Of a stretch of DNA of 46,390 nucleotides, positions 34,136 through 43,869 are shown piece by piece (position 1 is the first letter of the stretch; each line of letters begins with the position of its first letter). The stretch spans positions 1 through 46,390 of the IMG/VR virus record IMGVR_UViG_3300027798_000070; one strand, given 5' to 3'. This DNA is from a virus (taxonomy: Duplodnaviria > Caudoviricetes). The position numbers and the translations under genes are program-made. The notes below the pieces were generated by a model. That model had not been told where the DNA came from and searched no databases. It saw nothing but the letters and a program-made list of their open reading frames with translations.

Positions 34136-34907
34136 TTCCATACTCTTTCTGTAGAGCTTTAAGGGATACCCAAGACATGTCATAATCACCGTTTTCAATA
34201 TATCGTTTAATGATGACACCTTTGCTCCACTCTGAGTTGGCTTGTCCAGCCCATTTCTCTTCTGCTCCCTTGAAGCATCCTGCAACAAGACCATGTAACG
34301 GCTTAGGTCTAGCATCAGCTTTCCTGTAATAATGAAACTTGTGACTGTGACCAACAGTGCAACTATAGGCCAGCTTTTCAACAAGGCTATAGCCATGATG
34401 CTTAGTAGACATTGCTGAACCAAAGTTACCACTAGATACGTAATGACCGTAGAGCACACCATCGTAGTCAACAAGGGCTGGTCCAGAGTTTTTGTATCCG
34501 TGGTACTCATCGAACCAGTGGTCTGTTTGAAGATGGGAAAATGAGATTCCAAACTTATCCCCCTCTAATCTTGGGTCATGCCCGATAGCTTTCCTGATGC
34601 GATTTTCGTGGTTGCCTTCGAAGCCAATACGCCAAGGTCGCTTCTTCTTAGATAGCTTGTACCGGCCCCAGATACGGTCCATAGCTTCGTTGTAGGCTTC
34701 TACGTCACGCTGGTAGGACTGTGCCACAATGGCCTGTGGATAGCGCGTATCGTAAGTGTTGAGGCTCTGCATGTCAGCCCCGTCGCCTAGATCAACCACA
34801 TAATCAGGTTTGACATCTTCGATCAAATTACCTAACCACGAGAACCTTTCATTACTTACATCACCATGAGCATGAGCACAAGTCCATACGATTGCAGTTT
34901 TACTCAA
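34128..34907 (-). CDS. calcineurin-like metallophosphoesterase
   Basis: DLGD, GNHE, GHSH motifs; TTG start. Confidence 0.85.
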   Translation of the reverse strand: MSKTAIVWTCAHAHGDVSNERFSWLGNLIEDVKPDYVVDLGDGADMQSLNTYDTRYPQAIVAQSYQRDVEAYNEAMDRIWGRYKLSKKKRPWRIGFEGNHENRIRKAIGHDPRLEGDKFGISFSHLQTDHWFDEYHGYKNSGPALVDYDGVLYGHYVSSGNFGSAMSTKHHGYSLVEKLAYSCTVGHSHKFHYYRKADARPKPLHGLVAGCFKGAEEKWAGQANSEWSKGVIIKRYIENGDYDMSWVSLKALQKEYGNG

Positions 34908-35149
34908 AGGTCTTCATCCCATACTAGAGCAACGACTTGATCAACAAAGTGTTCGACCATAATCATAGCTTCATCAAAGTCTTCAAAGACAAGTTCTTCT
35001 TCGGTAAGAACCCCACGATCATCCTGCATAGTGACATATAGGACATAACCTTCGTTGTAGAGAAGACCGAACCCATCGTCATCCATATCCCAATCAGGAA
35101 CTTCACTGGAATGAACTGGACCACGAAGCACGTTTACTACTTTAGCCAT
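34904..35149 (-). CDS. acidic hypothetical protein
   Basis: 81 aa overlapping both neighbours. Confidence 0.7.
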   Translation of the reverse strand: MAKVVNVLRGPVHSSEVPDWDMDDDGFGLLYNEGYVLYVTMQDDRGVLTEEELVFEDFDEAMIMVEHFVDQVVALVWDEDL

Positions 35150-35541
35150 CCTTCAGGAATCTCCTTGTCTGCATAAATGAAACCGTGTTGGTTACACCAG
35201 TCTCCATAACTTGTCTTAGAGCCTTTATTGATCTTAGCTTTAGAGTTAGAGAACACAAACCTGATATTCAGTTTAGGGTATTGCTTCTTAATCAAGAGGT
35301 GCTTCTGTCTGTCTGCAACAACAAACCTGCCTTTAGTCTCGACTATAAGTCCACTAGGAAAAATGAAGTCTGGTGTATATGTATGTAAGCTTTCTGGGAC
35401 AACGTACTTGATCTTAGTTGTCTCATAACTAAACTCTACACCAGACTCCCTAAGTTTTATGGCAACCTTCTCCTCTAGACCGGATCGGTATCCAAGACGA
35501 CTGGCGGTTCCCAGATTTGATTTTCTTTTCGCCTTAGCCAC
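35137..35541 (-). CDS. T7 endonuclease I-like resolvase
   Basis: YRSGLE, YTPDF, VETKG, IRFVF. Confidence 0.92.
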   Translation of the reverse strand: MAKAKRKSNLGTASRLGYRSGLEEKVAIKLRESGVEFSYETTKIKYVVPESLHTYTPDFIFPSGLIVETKGRFVVADRQKHLLIKKQYPKLNIRFVFSNSKAKINKGSKTSYGDWCNQHGFIYADKEIPEGWLK

Positions 35542-36176
35542 AACAACCTCGCATTCATAATTACTCGTTCAACATCGTTCTCGTAAGCCTCAACGCACAC
35601 TTTGTACATATCTACGTCAGTTTGGCAACCTGCCAGCATCTTCTGTGCTGTTTTAGCACCAACCTTGTAGATACCGATGATGTTGTCTACGTTATCACCA
35701 GTTAGTACTTGTTCATAGAAGTTGAACGTTGCAGCTTCCTCAGTTACTTTTTCCCAGCTTTGTCTTCGTGGATTATAGATAGTGCTGGGGACAGTCCTAA
35801 AGTCTTTATCGACAGATACAATAACGCAGTCAGGATATAAACGGGTTGCTTCAATAGCGATATCATCATCAGCTTCTTGACCTTCGCTGACTACGGCTCC
35901 GTAGGTATCAATTAAGTATTGCCTAGCGAAGCCTAGAAGTAAGGGTTTCTCTCGACCTACTCTGTTCATCTTGTAGATATCAGAGATTTCATTGCGATAG
36001 TTACCCTTACCCGTCAGGAAGATTTGATAATCCTCTTTTGTAGCGTAGGGGTTGGTGGCCTGTAAGATTTCCTCAATAATCTTATCGAGTTTATCACAGA
36101 TACCACCAACAGTCTGCCCATCCTGACTAAACGCTGCTTGATACGTCAGCGGATCGCCATCAATGAGGAGTTTCAC
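35475..36176 (-). CDS. 5'-3' exonuclease (T7 gp6-like)
   Basis: IDGD, YKMNR, EADD, DKD, GD..DNI.G; GTG start 36176. Confidence 0.88.
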   Translation of the reverse strand: MKLLIDGDPLTYQAAFSQDGQTVGGICDKLDKIIEEILQATNPYATKEDYQIFLTGKGNYRNEISDIYKMNRVGREKPLLLGFARQYLIDTYGAVVSEGQEADDDIAIEATRLYPDCVIVSVDKDFRTVPSTIYNPRRQSWEKVTEEAATFNFYEQVLTGDNVDNIIGIYKVGAKTAQKMLAGCQTDVDMYKVCVEAYENDVERVIMNARLLWLRRKENQIWEPPVVLDTDPV

Positions 36177-36436
36177 TTGTCGCGCATCCACTTAATGAAC
36201 TCTTGATAGTCCCCTGTGGTCATAAAATAGGACAGGACATGGTAGAAAGCAGCTAGGGTTGTAGCTTTGTTATCAGGTGTCTCAAATGGGTCTTGTGATG
36301 GATCACTAAGGAAGTAGATGTTTTCCTTCAACTCATTGACAATAACACTATCGACAGCTTCGTAAGCCTCGTTGTAGTAACCCATGTCTTCTTCAAGAAT
36401 GGTCTTAATTAGATTGAGTTTATTTTCAGCCCGCAT
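36173..36436 (-). CDS. hypothetical protein
   Basis: 87 aa, overlaps both neighbours. Confidence 0.7.
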   Translation of the reverse strand: MRAENKLNLIKTILEEDMGYYNEAYEAVDSVIVNELKENIYFLSDPSQDPFETPDNKATTLAAFYHVLSYFMTTGDYQEFIKWMRDK

Positions 36437-37088
36437 TGTTATTCACCTTAAAGATTGTCGGGAAAGCTGGTTCTAGTACCTTACGGATTTCACGAGCAAG
36501 CAAGACATGTTCCCATTGAGTAACACCGGGATCATCACGTACATCAAGATAATGCAACCAACTACGAACTGTTCCGTTAACATAAAGTTTACTCATGGTA
36601 AGCCCTTCGGGAAGAACTACACGAGCACACTCTTTAGCTATACCTTCTGCCCGCATATAAGCGTACGCTTCTTCGATGTGGCTTACAAGATTTGTGGCAC
36701 CATCTTCAAAGTATTGCTTAATACCAGAGTCTAGATCATCAACACTGTTCTGACGGTTCTTATCATCTTGCCTACGAAACTCCCGATCCGTAAACTCAAT
36801 CTCATCAGAGTATCGTTGACTGAACTCTTGGAAGCAGAAGCTACGATGACGTAGAAGCTGACGGGTAATATCCCTTGGTGCCTCTACCTCAACGATAGCG
36901 TTACTCATCTCAAATACTGACCAGTGCTTATTACGAATACAGTAGTCAAGAAGCTTAGAGTAGTCTGGGTTGTCTTGATTGCTAGGGTTGGAGACCCTCG
37001 CGCAGTACGCGATGAGAGCCTCCGAATTAGCTGCTGGTGTACCAATAACAGGTTGTGTCAAGGCCACCAGCTTTGCGCTAATCTTCAT
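36426..37088 (-). CDS. thyX: flavin-dependent thymidylate synthase
   Basis: HWSVFE, RHRS..FQEFSQRY signature. Confidence 0.95.
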   Translation of the reverse strand: MKISAKLVALTQPVIGTPAANSEALIAYCARVSNPSNQDNPDYSKLLDYCIRNKHWSVFEMSNAIVEVEAPRDITRQLLRHRSFCFQEFSQRYSDEIEFTDREFRRQDDKNRQNSVDDLDSGIKQYFEDGATNLVSHIEEAYAYMRAEGIAKECARVVLPEGLTMSKLYVNGTVRSWLHYLDVRDDPGVTQWEHVLLAREIRKVLEPAFPTIFKVNNNAG

Positions 37089-37279
37089 TGAGTGCTGACC
37101 TCCTGACCATCATCTTTGATTACAACAATACTACGGACATAGCTGTAACCAGAGGCGTGAAGAAACGTCAGGAACAACTCAGTTACGTCACCAAGGTATT
37201 CAAGGCCAGTTTGGGCTACAGTGATGGTTCTTCCATCAAGGTTGATATCGTGGTCGTAAGCCTGAAAACGATAGTTCAT
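37085..37279 (-). CDS. hypothetical protein
   Basis: MNYRFQ..FLTFLHASGYSYV; ATG 37279. Confidence 0.65.
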   Translation of the reverse strand: MNYRFQAYDHDINLDGRTITVAQTGLEYLGDVTELFLTFLHASGYSYVRSIVVIKDDGQEVSTQ

Positions 37280-37280
37280 A

Positions 37281-37883
37281 TTATTCCCACCCACCACTAT
37301 TGTTACCACCAACGTATTCAACAATGTTGGTCAAGCCAACACCCATGAGTTCAACCTTAGTGAAGGTCTTACCCTTGGCCTTACCGTGAACACCAACACC
37401 AGAAGCAATAGCAATCTTGACCTTAGCTTTGGAACCATTACCGATCAGACCATCTTCAATGGTCCAAGGGGTAGAGTACTGGTCAAGACGACCCTTCTGC
37501 TCTGCTGCTTCCCAAGCGGCTTTGGCGATGTTCAAGTCAAACACTTGAGGCGGCCCAAGGGTCAGGCGCTCATCAGTGGGTTGGTTGTTCTCATCCATGA
37601 CCATGAAGCGAGGGTGGACATGAGGACGACGAACAGTAAACTTATAGAGCGTCTTACCATCGCGCTCAAAGGGTTTGAACTGGGCAAAGGCACCTTGCTT
37701 CTGAGGGCACCCAGCATCGATAGCTTTATTCATTCCGTCTTCGTCAAGGATCAGAGTGACCTTGTACACACCATCCGTATCGGAGTGGTCTACTTGTGCG
37801 TTCCCCATATCACGGTTCTCATAGAAGACCTGAGCGTACTCAAGTTCAGCATCAAGGGTGACGTACTTAGTTTTATTAGCCAT
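37281..37883 (-). CDS. probable single-stranded DNA-binding protein
   Basis: IGNGSKAKV motif and position next to PolA; aromatic C-terminus. Confidence 0.6.
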   Translation of the reverse strand: MANKTKYVTLDAELEYAQVFYENRDMGNAQVDHSDTDGVYKVTLILDEDGMNKAIDAGCPQKQGAFAQFKPFERDGKTLYKFTVRRPHVHPRFMVMDENNQPTDERLTLGPPQVFDLNIAKAAWEAAEQKGRLDQYSTPWTIEDGLIGNGSKAKVKIAIASGVGVHGKAKGKTFTKVELMGVGLTNIVEYVGGNNSGGWE

Positions 37884-37919
37884 GTTTTCCTCAATTAGTT
37901 GTCGGGCTTTGGGTTAACT

Positions 37920-37948
37920 TAGATAGTTCTTTAGGTTGATTCTGTCAA
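37920..37948 (-). promoter_or_regulatory. sigma70-like promoter with GANTC in spacer
   Basis: TTGACA-GAATCAACCTAAAGAAC-TATCTA upstream of SSB. Confidence 0.6.
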
Positions 37949-38028
37949 CCTTTTCATACGCTTTATTTAGTGTTTGTTGTAGAAAAAGTGAGTGTAGAAC
38001 TCAAGGTATTGTTCATAGGTCATATCCA

Positions 38029-39882
38029 TTAGTGAGTCTCCGCGTAGGTCATCCCTGTCTGCACATCCACAAACAGCTTGACGTTCAGTTTCAGTTTGTC
38101 GTTGGTCTTGTCGATAGCTGTAAGAAGCTTTTGCTTGTGGCCCTCTTCAGTTCCAATAGGTAGGTAAGAACCCTTCTCATCGTGCATCTGGAAATTAACC
38201 ACAACACCCTGCTGTCGCACAAAGTACAACCAAGTGTCGAAAGCATAGACACCTGTACTCTGGTTGACAGTAGAGAACGCATCTTTCTCTGAGCGAAGGT
38301 TATGCCAAAAGCCAGACACAGGGTTCTTGACCCACATGTAAGGCCCAACAGTCTTCATCTCAAACTTCTCTACAGCCTTCCTAACTGAGAAGTTACGCTT
38401 CCAGTAATCCTCAATCAGCTTGGCTGCTTCCTTGGGTTTGATATCCAAGGTCCTAGCCAGCTTGGCCTTACCCACTCCGTACACACAGCTATAATTTGCA
38501 GCTTTGTATTGGCTACGGATAGCCTTGAGGTTAATCTTGCCTTCCTTGTGTTGCTCGACTTGCTCACGGGTAACAGCACCAGCAAACGCTGCAAGATCAA
38601 GGTGGGGGTCGAAGCCCTCTTGGCACATTTCCTCTACATACTCAGGGTCAAACGGAACCATGTAGTGACGTTTGGTTGTATCCTCTAGAGAGACCATATC
38701 AGCCCCACAGAGGACCATACCTTCGGGTGCAGTGATACACCCACGAATTTCCTTACCCCAAGGCTTATCGACCTTTGGAAGGTTCACAATGGGCTTTCTG
38801 TGCTGGAACCTGAAGGTGTTCGTCAGGCCACCAAAACTAGCCACAACTTTACCATCAGTGTGGTTGTCCAAGAAGGACTTGAAGACGCCTCTACGATGCT
38901 GGATGATGCCCATATCAACGAGTAATTGTACCGCTGGGGTATCCTCTGCAAGGTCTTCTACGCTAGTACACAGTTCATCTCCATTCTTGATCTGAGGGAT
39001 CATTCTCTCTGTACCGTCATCCTCTTTGACATACTTGAAGGTCTTAGGCTTCCAACCAAGATGGAACAACCAATCCTTTACTTGCTCGTGACTATTGGGG
39101 TTGCCATCTTGATAACCAACAAGCACATTAACTGGACCCACAACACTGTTAGGAAGCTTGAGTTCCTTGAGTGTATTGAGCCAAGCTTCACCGTAGATAG
39201 ACAGATTGCCATCTTTCTTGTAGATAATCTGAGGTTTGTTGACTTGCTTGTAGATAGGTTTCTTGGGCATAACCTTAGACAGTTCAGTGATCTTGGCTTG
39301 TTGCATCTCAGACAGAGTATCGAAGTGTTTCTGTACAGATGCCATGTCCAATGTCACAGGGTTAGCTTCTTGCTCACGACCACAATCAGCCTTGAAGCTC
39401 AGGTACTGGTTAAGTCGAAGCATCTCCTCTTCTGTTCCGTACAGGGACTTAAGTTTACGCTCAAGTTCTGTCCACAGACGATAGTTGATCTTAACATCTT
39501 CTGTCACACGATGGGCATATTGCTCAGGCGTAAGATTGTTCCAGTCAGTAACCTTGGGCTTAGGTACACCATACTGTATACCGTATTGCTCAAGACCATG
39601 ACGATCCCTATCAAAGTTAAGATACCACGACAACAACAATGTATCCACGAACTTAGTGTAGTCCAGTTCAAGGCCAAGGATACGATTGATCAGTGGTAGG
39701 TCATGCCTAACAGCATTGTGAGCCACAAACATACAGTCTTGTTCTGACAGTATATCACGCATAACCTGATAGTCGTGAGTAACATCTACAGTCTTGCCAT
39801 CTTCGGACCAAGCGAAGACATGCAGTTTTGTTGCCTCGTAAGCCAGCCCATCACTCTCGGTGTCGAAGACGATGTATTTCAT
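38029..39882 (-). CDS. polA: family A DNA polymerase with 3'-5' exonuclease
   Basis: DTESDG exo I, DMVSLE motif A, KAANY..YG motif B, MHDE motif C. Confidence 0.95.
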   Translation of the reverse strand: MKYIVFDTESDGLAYEATKLHVFAWSEDGKTVDVTHDYQVMRDILSEQDCMFVAHNAVRHDLPLINRILGLELDYTKFVDTLLLSWYLNFDRDRHGLEQYGIQYGVPKPKVTDWNNLTPEQYAHRVTEDVKINYRLWTELERKLKSLYGTEEEMLRLNQYLSFKADCGREQEANPVTLDMASVQKHFDTLSEMQQAKITELSKVMPKKPIYKQVNKPQIIYKKDGNLSIYGEAWLNTLKELKLPNSVVGPVNVLVGYQDGNPNSHEQVKDWLFHLGWKPKTFKYVKEDDGTERMIPQIKNGDELCTSVEDLAEDTPAVQLLVDMGIIQHRRGVFKSFLDNHTDGKVVASFGGLTNTFRFQHRKPIVNLPKVDKPWGKEIRGCITAPEGMVLCGADMVSLEDTTKRHYMVPFDPEYVEEMCQEGFDPHLDLAAFAGAVTREQVEQHKEGKINLKAIRSQYKAANYSCVYGVGKAKLARTLDIKPKEAAKLIEDYWKRNFSVRKAVEKFEMKTVGPYMWVKNPVSGFWHNLRSEKDAFSTVNQSTGVYAFDTWLYFVRQQGVVVNFQMHDEKGSYLPIGTEEGHKQKLLTAIDKTNDKLKLNVKLFVDVQTGMTYAETH

Positions 39883-40071
39883 CTATTGTGAACCCTCTTT
39901 ATCTTCATTAGCAAACCTGTTGAATGTTGAGAAGCTTACGCCACCACAGAAAGCCCAGCGCATATCTTTGATATCAAGGCCATGCTTGTAGCAAAAGTCT
40001 TTACGGGTTAAGCCCGAAAGCAACCCTCCTTCAAGCCATAAGTCAAACAGTTCATCAGGTGTCTTTACCAT
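39883..40071 (-). CDS. hypothetical protein
   Basis: 62 aa filling the primase-PolA gap. Confidence 0.6.
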   Translation of the reverse strand: MVKTPDELFDLWLEGGLLSGLTRKDFCYKHGLDIKDMRWAFCGGVSFSTFNRFANEDKEGSQ

Positions 40072-41693
40072 GTGTCTACTTTCTCACTAAGAGTGAATGT
40101 CTCAGGGTCAAACAAGAGTTCTCCCGCAGCACCCTCTAGGCCAGTTGGTCTGTTCTTCTTGATTACCAGCTTTGTGGTATTCCTGTCAAGAAGGTTCTCA
40201 CTATCTTTGTCACGTTGGATATCAATAATGACTGAGGCTCGTTGCCCAATCATACGACAGTACTTAACCTCTCCCATCTCGTTGGTGTGAGCAATAGTGA
40301 TGATGCCTACATTCAGGTCAGCAGCTAGTTTAGAGAGACGTACAGCAAGTTCAGCAAGGGCAGCTTCTTTGCTCTCATCAGAACCTACAGTTACGATATC
40401 TTGGATGGGTTCCATCATAATGAACTCACAGCCATAGACCTGAGTAAGTACCCTGATCTGGTCAATCAGTTCTTCAGCACCATCTTCTTCCCGTAGGTGA
40501 AACTGCATGTACCCTGTGTTCTGGCTAATTCCCTTGATAGCCCCCTCAACGTCAGCCATTCGGTTCTTCTGTTCGATCAGGTCCTTACGAGTAAGATTAT
40601 CCTTGAGGTAGTAGGATACCACACCAAGAAGGCTACGAAGCTTAGTCTCCTCTAGGTGCCATGTGGCAAACTTGACCTTGGGGTAGTTATTAACGAAGTT
40701 GCTCTCAAGGTAACGCATAAGCTCAGACTTACCGATACCTGTAGGGCCCTTGATCACTGTGAAGTGACCACGCATTAGACCAAGGATTTTCTCATCAAGG
40801 GCTGCAATACCTGTAGGGATATAGCTGTGCTCAGGGGTATCATGGAGAAGCTCTAGGAACCGTTCTTCTGTGGAGTAGATGTTGTCAGGTGTAAAGAGCT
40901 TGGCGTTGTACCAGCAATGCTTGTAGAGTTGGGCCTTACCAGCCTGTAGGAACTCATTGGCATCCTTGAACTTGTCATGTGGCACATGGTACACACGACT
41001 AGGGAACAGGTTCATCAGAGCCAGAGCGAACTTGTCAGCCTTGTTGTCAGAATCTAGGCTAAGGTAAATCTTATCGAAGGACCCAAGCCAATCCCTACAG
41101 TTCTCTAGGAGCTTCTTACTTGGTGTAGCACTTGGTAGGCTTACAACAGGATACTGACTACCCATCATCTGAAAGGCCGAAAGGGCATCAAGCTCACCCT
41201 CACAGATAGTCACAGCCATTGCAGAGCCAGCAGGGAACTTGTCCATACCGAATAGCATGTCCCCCTTGAACCCCGAGTTAGTGTGGAAGTCTTTAGGGAA
41301 CACACGGGTCTTGGTAGAACCATTGGGATAGACATAATCCTGATGGGTTGGTTCACCGTCCTTACTGTAGGTGTTTACGTTGTAGAACTCCATAGTCCCT
41401 TTGAGGATACCACGAAGGGGAAGGTGTTGTCCGTCTCCGTGTGCTACAACTTTAAGTTTTGATGCACATGAACTATCCATGTAGTCTCCTTCATCCTCTT
41501 CTATAACTGTAGGGCCTTGATTTCCCTTCAGGGGATACCGTTCAGCAACCCAATCAAAGACTTGCATTCTCTTGGAAGGGTAGGAACTACCACAAGAGTA
41601 GCAGAAGCCTACGTGCTTTTCGGTAGACCAACTGAAGGCATCAGATGAGCCACAGGATTCATGGGGGCAGGGTTGGTGGGATAATTCAGTTAT
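40065..41693 (-). CDS. T7 gp4-like primase-helicase (probable ATA start)
   Basis: CP..SC...C.SC zinc domain, EGELD TOPRIM, GPTGIGKS, KNR..G; ATA at 41693 after AAGGGGG. Confidence 0.9.
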   Translation of the reverse strand: MTELSHQPCPHESCGSSDAFSWSTEKHVGFCYSCGSSYPSKRMQVFDWVAERYPLKGNQGPTVIEEDEGDYMDSSCASKLKVVAHGDGQHLPLRGILKGTMEFYNVNTYSKDGEPTHQDYVYPNGSTKTRVFPKDFHTNSGFKGDMLFGMDKFPAGSAMAVTICEGELDALSAFQMMGSQYPVVSLPSATPSKKLLENCRDWLGSFDKIYLSLDSDNKADKFALALMNLFPSRVYHVPHDKFKDANEFLQAGKAQLYKHCWYNAKLFTPDNIYSTEERFLELLHDTPEHSYIPTGIAALDEKILGLMRGHFTVIKGPTGIGKSELMRYLESNFVNNYPKVKFATWHLEETKLRSLLGVVSYYLKDNLTRKDLIEQKNRMADVEGAIKGISQNTGYMQFHLREEDGAEELIDQIRVLTQVYGCEFIMMEPIQDIVTVGSDESKEAALAELAVRLSKLAADLNVGIITIAHTNEMGEVKYCRMIGQRASVIIDIQRDKDSENLLDRNTTKLVIKKNRPTGLEGAAGELLFDPETFTLSEKVDTW

Positions 41694-41950
41694 GGCTGGT
41701 CCCCCTTGCGGAGAAGGGCGAGTATGGCGGTCAGGAAGACTTCGACATCCTTGGCGATGGTTTTGTCGTCCCACTCGCCTTCGCTTTGCTCTGTGATCAG
41801 ATCGTGCAGAGTTTGGCGTAGTGTCACCGCGTCGATCTGCGCTTGCACTGTGATGGCGGGAAGGGCGTCGATGCGGCGTAGGCTATCACCAAGCCAACCT
41901 TCATCACTGAATATGTCCAGCACATCCTCACGGCGGATCAGGTCATTCAT
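41690..41950 (-). CDS. small GC-rich hypothetical protein
   Basis: MNDLIRREDVL..ALPA; RBS and ATGA coupling. Confidence 0.7.
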   Translation of the reverse strand: MNDLIRREDVLDIFSDEGWLGDSLRRIDALPAITVQAQIDAVTLRQTLHDLITEQSEGEWDDKTIAKDVEVFLTAILALLRKGDQP

Positions 41951-42240
41951 GTGTCAGCCTCTCCGGTGTTAAGGGCGTCGCGGGCGGAAAAAACTGCTGC
42001 GGTAAGTGATGGTGGCTCGGCTTGGGCAAGCTCAGCGTAATCGTACTCAATCAGCAGGCATTCCAGAGCAGCCTGCAGCCGCGCGTTGTCTGCCGTCAGG
42101 GCTTCAAGCTGCGCGAAGTCGTGCTTCGCACTCACGGCGGGAAGGGCAAGAATGGCGCTATAGGTACAAGGCCAATCGCTTTCCCACATATCCACAGCCT
42201 TCAGCACATCCCCGCGCCGTAGCATATCGTTGTCACTCAT
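41947..42240 (-). CDS. small GC-rich hypothetical protein
   Basis: MSDNDMLRRGDVL..ALPA, related to neighbour. Confidence 0.7.
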   Translation of the reverse strand: MSDNDMLRRGDVLKAVDMWESDWPCTYSAILALPAVSAKHDFAQLEALTADNARLQAALECLLIEYDYAELAQAEPPSLTAAVFSARDALNTGEADT

Positions 42241-42497
42241 GGCGTCTCTCCCTTCAACGCAGCGCGGGCAATATCTTGCATGTCCTGATCGCTAAACCAC
42301 GTTGTGACGTTCTGCTGTGTGGCCTCGTCGAAATCTTCATCTACACCGACAACGATTGCCTTCAGAGCCGCGCGCAGCCAGTCACGCTCTGCGGTCAGGG
42401 CTTTGATGCAGTCGGCGGCTTCGAGCATAGCGGCGGCGGGCCACTTCGGTGCCTGATCGGCTTGTGTCTCCAGCCACTTCACCAGATCATCAGTCAT
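42237..42497 (-). CDS. small GC-rich hypothetical protein
   Basis: MTDDLVKWL..EAAD.I.AL..IARAALKGETP. Confidence 0.7.
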   Translation of the reverse strand: MTDDLVKWLETQADQAPKWPAAAMLEAADCIKALTAERDWLRAALKAIVVGVDEDFDEATQQNVTTWFSDQDMQDIARAALKGETP

Positions 42498-42721
42498 GGC
42501 TCTCTCCCTTCGGTGGGCTGATCGGTGTAAGACCAGAAAGACCAGTCTGGGCCGGGTAAGCCCCCGTACTTCACAATGCGGACGCGCCTTACATGCTTCA
42601 ACCACACCCATCTCCCGTACCAGAGGCGGACAGGGTGCCATGCAAACCATTGATGGATCGGGCCTTCAGAACACCCAAACGCATAGATATTCGGCCAATC
42701 AAAGCGCGGTTTACGCGTCAT
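42494..42721 (-). CDS. small Trp-rich hypothetical protein
   Basis: WFAWHPVRL..GRWVWL..V motif. Confidence 0.65.
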   Translation of the reverse strand: MTRKPRFDWPNIYAFGCSEGPIHQWFAWHPVRLWYGRWVWLKHVRRVRIVKYGGLPGPDWSFWSYTDQPTEGREP

Positions 42722-43010
42722 GGCGTCTCTCACATTGCTCTAGTTGTATCAGAAGGCGCACCCTGTCGTCCTGCGCTATTGCCCAAAGCCTCCGACCGCA
42801 TAGAAGCGCCTCACGCAGCCGGTCACGCTCTGCCTCTACATCAGCTAGCTTGCCCTCGGCAGTCATCCAAGCGATTTCATATTCATCACGATCAGAGATC
42901 AGGACTTCGATGTCATCAGCCAAAGGTAAACAATCCACGCATTGCACACCCGCATCACCTTGAGACTGGCGTAGCACTAGCACAAAGCTCTTCAACAGAT
43001 TATCACTCAT
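42711..43010 (-). CDS. small coiled-coil hypothetical protein
   Basis: RBS GGGAGAG; EAERDRLREAL. Confidence 0.65.
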   Translation of the reverse strand: MSDNLLKSFVLVLRQSQGDAGVQCVDCLPLADDIEVLISDRDEYEIAWMTAEGKLADVEAERDRLREALLCGRRLWAIAQDDRVRLLIQLEQCERRHDA

Positions 43011-43293
43011 GGCTCTCTCCCATCTTTAAGATAGCATCCAAGGCCACCTGCATATCTACCTGAGCAGCAGCACAATGCAACACAAACTGTACACCAATGT
43101 TAGCCATTGCTTGATGAGCTTCCTTATCAAGATCGAAGCTGATTGTTGTACCACCGTCATCGTTGTCTACCACGTTAGTCACAAGCATCTCCCAAGGTTT
43201 GTTGTCGTTCTTATGGGCAGTCATATTAGCGCATCCATCTCCGCTAGGCCAGTCTAGGTCATCACCACAAGACAGGCAAAGATTACCGATCAT
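43003..43293 (-). CDS. hypothetical protein
   Basis: RBS GGGGAG; 96 aa. Confidence 0.65.
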   Translation of the reverse strand: MIGNLCLSCGDDLDWPSGDGCANMTAHKNDNKPWEMLVTNVVDNDDGGTTISFDLDKEAHQAMANIGVQFVLHCAAAQVDMQVALDAILKMGESHE

Positions 43294-43573
43294 AGTCTTC
43301 TCCCCTCAAAGCTGCTCTAGCTATGGCACCATAATCATCGCTGTGTATACCCCAAGGTCCGTCATTGGGGTCTTCGTGAAACTCTGCGTAGTATCGTAAA
43401 GCTTTCCACAGGCGATCACGCTCTCTTTCAACTGTCTCTGCTCGTTCAAGGCGTTCAAGTGACACCTTTGCTTCTTTCAACAGAAGCTTGTCAGTGATTG
43501 CTAGTTCATCCAACCATACACGCTCATCACGATCTTCCCGTAACCGATCTGGGTCCAGTTCATCCATCATCAA
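43283..43573 (-). CDS. hypothetical protein
   Basis: AGGAG RBS; ALRYYA..DYGAIARAAL. Confidence 0.65.
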   Translation of the reverse strand: MMMDELDPDRLREDRDERVWLDELAITDKLLLKEAKVSLERLERAETVERERDRLWKALRYYAEFHEDPNDGPWGIHSDDYGAIARAALRGEDYDR

Positions 43574-43685
43574 GTCTCCTAATCCCTCAGAGGTCCTATA
43601 TAGTGATTACAACAAGAAAAGCAAGTGTCATCTTCAAGAGCTAACTAATGTTACAGAGTTTGTAACAATTCGTGATCTGTATGAT

Positions 43686-43810
43686 CCCTTGACAACGAGC
43701 CTCTGGACCCTATGTAACTATAGGGTTGTGTGCCCCCTGAATATATACTCCCTGAGTGTTAGCTCTGATCTAGTGCTCTAGTGGCTTATTATATAATGTA
43801 TAAAGAAGTA
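43686..43810 (+). repeat. repeated promoter/origin-like element copy 2
   Basis: Shares 32-bp and 20-bp identical blocks with 3148..3179 and 3290..3309. Confidence 0.8.
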
Positions 43811-43869
43811 GATAATGATAACCTCTAGGAGTCCCTCACTGTAGGGGTAGCTCCTAGAGGTGTTTTTGT

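Noticed and set aside
34136-34552. N-terminal extension of the 325-aa methyltransferase ORF
   Set aside because: Overlaps the phosphoesterase in another frame; MTase motifs start after ATG 34135
41694-41774. Upstream start for primase-helicase given in the ORF track
   Set aside because: Lies inside a GC-rich cassette gene and gives a non-homologous leader; RBS and overlap favour 41693
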